From: Desulfovibrio sp.
GTDB lineage: Bacteria; Desulfobacterota; Desulfovibrionia; Desulfovibrionales; Desulfovibrionaceae
Length of the DNA stretch: 64,000 nt
Assembly: GCA_017528345.1 (NCBI GenBank)
Contig: JAFXOX010000068.1
Span: forward strand, 2,097-66,096
Direction of reading: 5' to 3'
Shown: in pieces, positions 39,168 through 47,053 of the stretch
Position numbering within the stretch: position 1 is the stretch's first letter
How the letters are laid out: each line of letters opens with the position of its first letter
Notes under the pieces: generated by a model
Seen by the model: only the letters and a program-made list of their open reading frames with translations
Told to the model about the DNA's origin: nothing
Database searches by the model: none
Made by a program: the position numbers and the translations under genes

Positions 39168-39725
39168 TCAACGATCTCTGTGCTCAGCCTCATACTGCTT
39201 GACCCGCGACCAAAACGTCGATGTAGGCATGCCACAAAGCTGTGCGGCAACAACGCAGGAGAGCTCTCCAGCATTCCATGCCTTACGCATGGGATGAAAG
39301 TTTGGCGGCAACGGCTGCTGTCTCTTGGTTCGCCTCCCCTCATCTCTGAGGCGCTGATACCCTTCCCTCTGGCGCTCTTTCGTGTAGTCATTCCGCAGAT
39401 CAATCAGAGCCAGCACGCACGGCAGATCTTCTCTGACAAGATGAAAATCCTCGCAGTCAAGAAATGACTTGGAACTGTCGACCCAGACATTCACACCTCT
39501 GCTGGAAAGCTCACAAAAAATCTCTGCGCCCTCCAGAAAGCTGTCAGCCAGAAAAGAACTGCGTTCCACATGGATGGTATCTCCCCGTTGCACGCTTTCT
39601 AGACAGGCCTTAAGCCCACAATCTTCCCCAAAATTATCAAAAAATATGGCGTCGTAGACCTGATTATGTAGCATAGATGAAGACGACAAGCTATTTTTTT
39701 CGCATTTTACGTACAAAATATCCAT
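39168..39725 (-). CDS. Serine-resolvase/invertase homologue lacking catalytic residues, with intact C-terminal HTH
   Basis: GDT.HV, KERQREG helix E, PLPPNF...W..GELS...AA.LCGM..STFW.RVK HTH. YARVS is replaced by YVKCE and DRLGR by SFLAD. GGAG RBS present. Confidence 0.75.
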   Translation of the reverse strand: MDILYVKCEKNSLSSSSMLHNQVYDAIFFDNFGEDCGLKACLESVQRGDTIHVERSSFLADSFLEGAEIFCELSSRGVNVWVDSSKSFLDCEDFHLVREDLPCVLALIDLRNDYTKERQREGYQRLRDEGRRTKRQQPLPPNFHPMRKAWNAGELSCVVAAQLCGMPTSTFWSRVKQYEAEHRDR

Positions 39726-40163
39726 TTATATACTCCACAATATTTATAAATTAAGAGAAAAACAACCTTACATATCCTACTTATATTATAGAAATACCCA
39801 TGACGTATTAAAATTTCTATCTCTTTTATTAGGATTCAAAATTTTATTTATCATCTAAACCTCCAAAAAGAAGTTTTAGTGCTAGCGGCTTGAACCACGA
39901 GACACGCAAAGCATTATAACTCAAAAAAAATGAAATGGACAACCCTTTTTCTGAAATTAAGTATACTTTAGAGAAAAAAAATTTTTCAAAGCCATTAAAT
40001 TCAAGTGTTTAAGAGGTAAAAAAAATTACGTACTTTTTAGTATAGTTGGTATGAAGTTATAGTATGCAAAATTTTATGACATTCAACTAGTATAGGGAGA
40101 AGACATTATTTCAGAAAATAACTTCGAAGAACTCGCAGTTATACTTAGTCTGCGCTCAGACAT

Positions 40164-40201
40164 AAAAAAAGCCTGACAGCCGTTTATTCCGGCTGTCAGG
40201 C
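40164..40201 (-). terminator. Intrinsic terminator of the minus-strand hypB...yhcH gene run
   Basis: 12-bp stem GCCTGACAGCCG/CGGCTGTCAGGC with A7 on the plus strand (U-tract on minus). Confidence 0.85.
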
Positions 40202-40228
40202 GACAGAAAGGGCTTGTAAAGGACGCGT

Positions 40229-40693
40229 TTAGCGCATCTTGGTGTTTACTTCAGGTGTAAAAAGCCTTGTAAAAAGCAGAGGATCGTCGATGTACGCGCT
40301 CATGGGGATCTTGGCCACACATTTTTGTACTGTCTCAACATGTTTGTCCGGCCTGATGCAGGGCATATGCGCCTCAAAAGGAAAAATGACGCAAAAGATA
40401 CCGGGTCTGAGATGCACGAGAAGATCTTCAGCGGGTTTTTTGCTATAAAAGGCAATGTCCCGAGCAGGGTCAAAAACCGGCTGTTCCTGAGTCCTCAAAG
40501 ACCAGGACAGAAGGATATCTTCACAGCCCTCACGTACAAACTGAACGTCAATGTATTCCCTGTGCACCTCATAGGACCGCTCATCTCGCGCAAAGGGCAG
40601 ATAATGTTCACGATTGACAGTAAAGCGGCTGGCTAGTTGTTCTTCAATCTGCAAAGCCTGCTTGCCACCATCAAAACAAAGACTCATGGACAA
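40229..40693 (-). CDS. YhcH/YjgK/YiaL (DUF386) family protein
   Basis: YEVHREYIDVQF and IFPFEAHMPC...KCVAKI motifs; N-terminus appears short. Confidence 0.8.
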   Translation of the reverse strand: MSMSLCFDGGKQALQIEEQLASRFTVNREHYLPFARDERSYEVHREYIDVQFVREGCEDILLSWSLRTQEQPVFDPARDIAFYSKKPAEDLLVHLRPGIFCVIFPFEAHMPCIRPDKHVETVQKCVAKIPMSAYIDDPLLFTRLFTPEVNTKMR

Positions 40694-40698
40694 CCTCG

Positions 40699-41184
40699 TC
40701 AGGGCAAACTGGGCCGTACCGGAAGAAGTGCCTTGTACGGCGTTCTCAAAGAAAAAAGAAAATCTGCTTTGGACAGCTCTCCACTCACCGTCATAATCAG
40801 AAGGAGCTGAGACCTGGTATCTTCGCGCACGATGCAGTAGCCGCGCTCTTGACCATGACGGAGAAAAAACACGGTCTGACCACTCTGTTTTTTGGGTTCT
40901 GCCTGCAAACGCTTGGCATAGACCTCTATAATCTTGCTGGTCTCACCGGGGGCAACACTTCCCACCACAATGGTTGCCGTTGAACTGCGCGCTTTATTGG
41001 AGAGCTGCAAAATCACATTGTCTTTTCCACGAACCGGTCCTTTGAGCACAACCCAGTCAGACGGAAGTGTCAGGCTGTAATACTTTGTTGTCACAGGCGT
41101 GGCCCAGGCTACGGACCATAAAACCAGGACAAGCACCATGACGCCGCAGCATCCACCAAGGCCTGTTCGTACAGCTTTCCACAC
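40699..41184 (-). CDS. Hypothetical exported protein
   Basis: Signal peptide ending AWA; operonic position. Confidence 0.6.
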   Translation of the reverse strand: MWKAVRTGLGGCCGVMVLVLVLWSVAWATPVTTKYYSLTLPSDWVVLKGPVRGKDNVILQLSNKARSSTATIVVGSVAPGETSKIIEVYAKRLQAEPKKQSGQTVFFLRHGQERGYCIVREDTRSQLLLIMTVSGELSKADFLFSLRTPYKALLPVRPSLP

Positions 41185-41268
41185 AGTTTTCCTTCCTCGT
41201 TGTGATATCCCGCCCGGACAAACAGAGCCTGACTATCAGGGAATCAGCGGCTCAAACACGTCCACATC

Positions 41269-41952
41269 TTAATTTGCAGCCGGTTTCTGGCTAATCAGAA
41301 TGGGCCTGCCAAGATGCATACTCTCAAGAATCTGTAAAAGCTCCTGAGAACGGGCTGTGTCTCCTCGCAGTTTCACCTGGATCAAAAGGAGCTTGCGCTC
41401 CCGTTTCATATAGGTTCTTAACCCACGCCCCTCGAGGCGTTGACGCAAAGCGTCAGCTGCCTCCTCATTTTTCAGGGCCGCAACCTGAAAGACAAAGTCC
41501 TGCAGTCCCTGGGGTTCGGCTACGGGAACAGGAGCTTGAGACACACTCCTCTCAGGCACCTTGGGAGCACTGTCCTTGTGGGTCGGATTTTGTGTGGCAT
41601 TTTCCTGAGATGGAGGAGTTTGTGGCGTCGCAGAACTAACTACAGACGGCGTCGGAAGAGGTTTGACAGATCTTCCCGGAAGTCGATTGTCATTTCTCAG
41701 TTCACGGGAAAACTCGAGCTCCTCAGGCTGCAAAATGCCCTCGGGGGATTCTTCCTTGTTTCGCTCTGCTTCTATACCAGCTACATAGGCTTCCTGCACC
41801 TCAGCTCGTAATTTCTGTTCTGCGCTGGCACGTCCGCTCATCACACCGCCGACATAGGCCAAAGCCACAGCACAGACAATCACGATGCCGAGCCCTATAA
41901 AGGTCAGAGGCTTCAAAAGAAAGCCCCGTTCTTTCACTGCACCCTCTGCCAT
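41269..41952 (-). CDS. SPOR-domain protein
   Basis: N-terminal TM, Pro/Ser linker, FQVAALK.EEAA..L..RL. Confidence 0.8.
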   Translation of the reverse strand: MAEGAVKERGFLLKPLTFIGLGIVIVCAVALAYVGGVMSGRASAEQKLRAEVQEAYVAGIEAERNKEESPEGILQPEELEFSRELRNDNRLPGRSVKPLPTPSVVSSATPQTPPSQENATQNPTHKDSAPKVPERSVSQAPVPVAEPQGLQDFVFQVAALKNEEAADALRQRLEGRGLRTYMKRERKLLLIQVKLRGDTARSQELLQILESMHLGRPILISQKPAAN

Positions 41953-41988
41953 ATCTGCATACCCGAAAAAAAAAACGCGAAACCCGGT

Positions 41989-42642
41989 CTAGCGCACAGC
42001 CTCACGAGCGCTGCGCAGCCAGTTATACCACTCATTAAGCCCCAAAGCCTTGGTACAGGAGACCTCAAAAACCTTGAGATCGCGGTTATGACGCTTGGCA
42101 AAGCCCACAGCCCGTTCTACATCAAAGGATACATAGGGCAGAAGGTCAACTTTATTCAGGACCATGACCTTGGCAAGTTGGAAGAGGAGTGGATATTTTT
42201 CCGGCTTGTCGTCACCTTCTGTCACACTCAGCAGCGCGACTTTATAGTCCTCTCCCAGATCAAATTCCACAGGACAGACCAGATTGCCCACGTTTTCGAT
42301 AAAAAGAATGTCCAGTCCGTCAAGATCAAGCTTCTCAAGGCAGGAAAGAATCATGCTGCTTTCCAGATGGCAGCCGCCTTCTGTATTGATCTGCACAACC
42401 TGCACACCACTCTTGGCAATGCGCTGAGCATCGTTATCCGTCTGCAGATCACCTTCAATGACCGCCATTTTCAGTTCAGGCGAAAGATCCGCCAGCGTAC
42501 GTTCCAAAAGCGTTGTTTTACCGGCTCCGGGTGAACTGATGACATTGAGGGTCAAAATATGCCGCGCCTGCATTTGCGCGCGCACCTTCTGGGCCAGTTT
42601 TTCGTTATTTTCAAAAACACTGCGAATCACGGGAATTTCCAT
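41989..42642 (-). CDS. hypB: Hydrogenase nickel incorporation GTPase HypB
   Basis: SSPGAGKT, GGCHL, ENVGNLVCP, TEGDDKPEKYP, NKVD. Confidence 0.95.
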   Translation of the reverse strand: MEIPVIRSVFENNEKLAQKVRAQMQARHILTLNVISSPGAGKTTLLERTLADLSPELKMAVIEGDLQTDNDAQRIAKSGVQVVQINTEGGCHLESSMILSCLEKLDLDGLDILFIENVGNLVCPVEFDLGEDYKVALLSVTEGDDKPEKYPLLFQLAKVMVLNKVDLLPYVSFDVERAVGFAKRHNRDLKVFEVSCTKALGLNEWYNWLRSAREAVR

Positions 42643-42840
42643 GTCTCACCTCAAGAGGGGCATATCTGTTGCGGGATTAGATCATGGGAAAAAGTATACA
42701 AAAAGAGGAAGTCTTTTTCACAAAAATCTGCATTTACAGTGTAATCAAAAGGGCGTAGTATGTAAACTGATCCCGCAATTGCAGCAAGCAGCCCTGACCA
42801 AAGTCAGCCCTGCCGCAGGCTGAGGTATGGAAGGTGATCT

Positions 42841-43686
42841 ATGCAGCCAACGATTAAATTTATGGGTGTATATTCTGTGGAAGCCGCTAGCAAGGGGCAA
42901 GGAAAACAAAAAGATCTCTTCTTTGTCTGGCAGGTTCGTAACAACGATCAGCTTCATATCCATGTGCAGGAAATCGACAAAACTTATCGTCCCAAGAGCA
43001 AGATCTACGTCGTAGACAACTCCACCTTTACCTACTTCACTTTTGAGCCATCCATTGTTGCCATGCCTCAGGCCAGGACAGAAGAAATCCTCGGCCCAAA
43101 GGCGTTTGCAGAGACTGCTTCCGACCCATCAGAAGTCAAAGCTGACAAAGTCAAGCGCGATGATTTTGACGAGGACTTCTGGCGCTTTGGAAAGACAAAG
43201 CAGAAAGAGGAAGCTCCCAAACAGGCTAAACCTGATGACAAGGCCCAGGAAATGGCGCAGATTCAGGTGGAGAAAGTCCTGCGCAATGACTTTGACGAAG
43301 CCATCAAACAACTCAAACAGCCTCATTCACGCCGCGGAGCCCTGCGCTTCATCAAAACCATTCCTGAGCAGAAGAACATTCAGCCGCGCCACAAGCACAT
43401 GCTCAGAGATTTTATGACAACTCTGCGCAAACAAGAGTTGCCGGAAATTGCCCTGATGTTTGCCACAAAAACCGTGGAACTTGCGCCAGACGATGATCAC
43501 GCCCATTTCAATCTTGCCCGGATTTTTTATATTCTAGAACGGTACAAGGACGCCATTGCCCATCTCCATAAAGCTCTCGAACTCAACAACGAGGCGCAGG
43601 ATCAAGAAATCTATCAAAAAATGCTGCGCTATGTTGAAAATCAGCAGCGGCGTCAGCAGTCGCCCTATGGCCGCGCCAAACGATAA
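42841..43686 (+). CDS. TPR-containing protein
   Basis: C-terminal TPR (PDDDHAHFNLARI...A..HL.KALELN). Confidence 0.75.
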   Translation: MQPTIKFMGVYSVEAASKGQGKQKDLFFVWQVRNNDQLHIHVQEIDKTYRPKSKIYVVDNSTFTYFTFEPSIVAMPQARTEEILGPKAFAETASDPSEVKADKVKRDDFDEDFWRFGKTKQKEEAPKQAKPDDKAQEMAQIQVEKVLRNDFDEAIKQLKQPHSRRGALRFIKTIPEQKNIQPRHKHMLRDFMTTLRKQELPEIALMFATKTVELAPDDDHAHFNLARIFYILERYKDAIAHLHKALELNNEAQDQEIYQKMLRYVENQQRRQQSPYGRAKR

Positions 43687-43801
43687 GCACCATAGGCAAG
43701 CGCTCTTTTATTCGTCTCTGGACGCACACAAGCCTATACATAACAAACCTATTGGAGGCGGCGTTTCCTTCCCCGCATGCGGGGCATTACGCTGAAAACT
43801 G

Positions 43802-44608
43802 ATGAACAAAGCTCTGCTCACCCTTTTGCTCGCGGTCTGCGTGCTTGGCATGGCCCTGATTCTGCTCAATGAGCGTCTCAGCGGAGACACTCCACCCATT
43901 CAGACCCAAGAGGACGGACAGTTTCCGCCGCTAGGGACTATGCCTTCGGCCCCGCAGCGAACCCTGCCTTTGAATATGCCTAAAGGGGAGCCCGCCAAAA
44001 ACGAACATTCTCAGCCAGCCGTAAGCTCTGAAAGCCCCTTACCGCAAGTCCGCGACACAGACAGTGCCAAAAATAAACCGACTCCGCCTCCAACAGTGCC
44101 GGAAAAAGTTCAGGACAAGAAGGCTGATAATGCAGTAGGCGGCATCCGTCCCATTGCCAAGACTGAGCAAGATATTCGTGCAAGTGAAAAGGAACGTGAG
44201 GTAGCACGCAGAGAGAGCGCCAAGGAAAAGGTGCAGGCGGAAAAAGAGCCACAACCGCAAAAGAAAGAAGAAAAAGAAAATCCGGCCAAAGTTGAAAATC
44301 AAAAGCAGAAGATCACAAAATTTGTGGTTTTCTCCCGCGAAAAGGGTGCCACAGTACGACTCGTGGGCAATGCTGATCTCAAGTACAAAACAAGCCAGAT
44401 GCATTCACCTGAACGCGTGCTCATTGAACTCGATGGCAATTGGGAGGTATCGGTACCTCAAATTCCCCAAAACCCCCTTGTCAACGCCATACGCATTGGC
44501 CGTCAGAACAATAAAACACGCATTGTCCTCGATTTGAAAGCGGCTCCTAAGACCTGCCGCACAGTAAACAGCAAGGAAAAGCAGGTTGATGTCCGTGTGG
44601 ATCTGTAA
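43802..44608 (+). CDS. AMIN-domain protein
   Basis: N-terminal TM, low-complexity linker, PERVLIEL...IRIG....TRIVLDL. Confidence 0.75.
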   Translation: MNKALLTLLLAVCVLGMALILLNERLSGDTPPIQTQEDGQFPPLGTMPSAPQRTLPLNMPKGEPAKNEHSQPAVSSESPLPQVRDTDSAKNKPTPPPTVPEKVQDKKADNAVGGIRPIAKTEQDIRASEKEREVARRESAKEKVQAEKEPQPQKKEEKENPAKVENQKQKITKFVVFSREKGATVRLVGNADLKYKTSQMHSPERVLIELDGNWEVSVPQIPQNPLVNAIRIGRQNNKTRIVLDLKAAPKTCRTVNSKEKQVDVRVDL

Positions 44609-44647
44609 CTAGCTGCTCCTGGCCCACGTGTTGAGCCAAGCTCATTG

Positions 44648-44681
44648 AAAGCAAAGCCCCTCTTCAGAGGGGCTTTGCTTT
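44648..44681. terminator. Bidirectional terminator between convergent genes
   Basis: AAAGCAAAGCCCCTC-ttca-GAGGGGCTTTGCTTT. Confidence 0.8.
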
Positions 44682-44721
44682 GTCTTTCCGTCACAGATCT
44701 TACAGAGTAACAAGTACTGGA

Positions 44722-45522
44722 CTACGCCTCCTTTTCCATGGCTAGTCCCCGTGCATTGGCTGCAAGCACAGCATCAATCAGTATACCTGAAAAGCCTCGG
44801 CGGTCGAGAACATTGACGCCATCAATGGTCAGTCCATGAGGGGAACAGACGTTATCCTTAAGTCTGGCCAGATGCTCGGGAGATTTTTCAGCCATCACAG
44901 CACAGCCTTCCACAAGGGCCTGAACCATCTTTCGACTACTCTCATGGGAAAAGCCTAAAGTCACTCCAGCCTGACAGAGGGCCTGCATCATGGCAAAGAC
45001 ATAGGCAGGGCCTGCACCAATTAAGGCAGAAAACGCGGCAAATTGTGATTCTGGCATTTCAAAGCAGAGACCTAGATTTCTGAAAAGCGCAAGAATGGTC
45101 TCTGCACGCTCACGACTGCAGGATGCTGAAAAAGCAAAGGCAAAAACACCCTTACCCACGAGAGCCGGCGTATCCGGCATGCAGCGCACTAGGCAACAGC
45201 GACCGCCGCTTCCCCTGGCAAGCACCTCTAAAGAAATGCCAGCTGCCACAGAAAGCAGAACTTTATCCTCCGTTAAAGCCTCAGCGATTTCCCGGAGAAC
45301 TGCCGCAACTTGGGCGGGCTTTACACAAAGCAAAAGCAGATCAGCCTCTTTAGCAACTTCCAAGGCATTCTGCAGACGTCTGACCCCCTGCGCTTCCAGT
45401 TGAGCAAGACGCTCCGGTGTCCGTGTATAGGCACAAAACCGGCTTCCCTGCGGTGCAGAACGCAAAAGTCCCGCAAGCAGTGCGCCTCCCATATTGCCGC
45501 AGCCAATACAGCCAATGACCAT
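44722..45522 (-). CDS. proC: Pyrroline-5-carboxylate reductase
   Basis: IGCGNMG, VKP, SVAAG, RCMP.TP, GAGPAY, VCSP.G.T. Confidence 0.92.
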   Translation of the reverse strand: MVIGCIGCGNMGGALLAGLLRSAPQGSRFCAYTRTPERLAQLEAQGVRRLQNALEVAKEADLLLLCVKPAQVAAVLREIAEALTEDKVLLSVAAGISLEVLARGSGGRCCLVRCMPDTPALVGKGVFAFAFSASCSRERAETILALFRNLGLCFEMPESQFAAFSALIGAGPAYVFAMMQALCQAGVTLGFSHESSRKMVQALVEGCAVMAEKSPEHLARLKDNVCSPHGLTIDGVNVLDRRGFSGILIDAVLAANARGLAMEKEA

Positions 45523-45591
45523 AGCCGCTCTCCTCCGTCGCTTTGCTTTGAAAAAAAAAGCCCTCTGTCATCCTAACAGAGGGCGCGGACT

Positions 45592-46908
45592 TTAATTTTT
45601 AATATTCCTGATCCGTGGCAGGGCCTTGACCATCTGCAGGGCCATGCGCAGCTGATTATCCTTCTGCAGCTGCTCCTTGGCATCCTCAGACTTACTTTTT
45701 TCCTTACCGTTCTTTTTGTCCTTGCTGTTTTCAAGGTGGCGGTTCAGGTCCTGCTCTCGCACCATAAGCTTGGGCTGATTTTTTTCTTCCTGACGCGGCA
45801 TCTCAAAAGGCACTTCCACATCAGGAACAATGCCCTCTGCCTGGATGGAACTACCACTAGGCGTGTAGTAGAGAGCGACCGTCAGTTTGACACCTGAGCC
45901 GTCAGGCAAAGGAATAATATTCTGTACACTGCCCTTACCAAAGGAGCGCTCACCCATGATCAAGGCCCGATTCTGATCATGCAGGGCTCCCGCCACAATT
46001 TCCGAAGCAGAGGCAGATCCTGCATTGATCAGGACAACCAGAGGCACAGTCACGTCATCCTTCTGATTTTTCGCTTCATAGACCCGACCATTGGCCGAAC
46101 GTCCCTTAATGGAGACAATGACGCCCTGAGAAAGGAAAATATCGGAAATATTCACAGCTTGATCTAAGAGACCACCAGGATTATTGCGCAAATCCAAGAC
46201 AATACCCTTAAGTCCGCCATGGCTCTTACTATCCTTCTCTGCAGCCTTAAGCGCTTTCTTCAGTTCCTCAGTGCTACGTTCGGAAAAACGCGTCAGTCTG
46301 ATCCAATAATAGCCGTCTTCGAGCACCTTGGACTTGACACTGATCAGCGGGATGGCATCGCGCACAATACGCACAGTCTGAGAGCTTTTATCGTCAGCAT
46401 GGACAATGGTCAGCTCCACTTCGGATCCCTTGGGACCCCGGATACGGCTGACCACTTCCTGCAGCGACAGCTCTTGCGTTGACTGCCCATCAATGGTCAT
46501 GATCATGTCACCCGCTCTCAACCCGGCGCGAAAAGCCGGGGTATCTTCAATGGGAGCCACTACCACGACCTGATTGTTTTCCATGGAGATCTCGATACCA
46601 ACGCCAAAAAATTCGCCGCTGGTAGTCTCCTGCATTTCCTTATATTCCTCGCTGCTCATGAAGGTCGAATGAGGATCAAGACCCTGCAGCAGACCCTTCA
46701 GGGCGCCATTAATCAGTTCTTTCTGAGTGACGTCCTTGACATAGTGATGCTCTACGAGATCCAGCACCTGACTGAAACGTCTGAGAGAGGCGTATTTGTC
46801 CGCCACGCCTTCAGCTTCCTGGGCTTTTCTGGCCGCTGCCAGATCAGCAGACAGGAGCAGAGGACAAAAGAGCATAAGGCAGAAAAAAAGTCGCAACAGA
46901 AAAGGCAT
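45592..46908 (-). CDS. Carboxy-terminal processing protease (S41, PDZ)
   Basis: LDPHS, DLRNNPGGLL, SASASEIVAGAL, GKGSVQ. Confidence 0.92.
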   Translation of the reverse strand: MPFLLRLFFCLMLFCPLLLSADLAAARKAQEAEGVADKYASLRRFSQVLDLVEHHYVKDVTQKELINGALKGLLQGLDPHSTFMSSEEYKEMQETTSGEFFGVGIEISMENNQVVVVAPIEDTPAFRAGLRAGDMIMTIDGQSTQELSLQEVVSRIRGPKGSEVELTIVHADDKSSQTVRIVRDAIPLISVKSKVLEDGYYWIRLTRFSERSTEELKKALKAAEKDSKSHGGLKGIVLDLRNNPGGLLDQAVNISDIFLSQGVIVSIKGRSANGRVYEAKNQKDDVTVPLVVLINAGSASASEIVAGALHDQNRALIMGERSFGKGSVQNIIPLPDGSGVKLTVALYYTPSGSSIQAEGIVPDVEVPFEMPRQEEKNQPKLMVREQDLNRHLENSKDKKNGKEKSKSEDAKEQLQKDNQLRMALQMVKALPRIRNIKN

Positions 46909-47053
46909 GTATGCAGGCCTCCTTGGCAGGCCAGAGGTGACGCCAAAACGGCAGGGAAAAAGGCAAAGGCCTCCTGAAGGGCCGCTTATAGCAAATTTTG
47001 AGCAGAACTCAAAGTCTTTTACCCAGAAAAATGCGTTTTTTCCCACACATTTT

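Noticed and set aside
39738-39755. Tn3 res site I-like sequence (AATATTTATAAATTAA) upstream of the pseudo-resolvase
   Set aside because: It lies in very AT-rich DNA with no clear flanking inverted arms or subsites II/III, so it cannot be supported by eye.
43526-43535. TTTAT plus a 5-nt match to the copy-2 guide (ATTCT) as a TnpB target
   Set aside because: The match ends after 5 nt, which is expected by chance.
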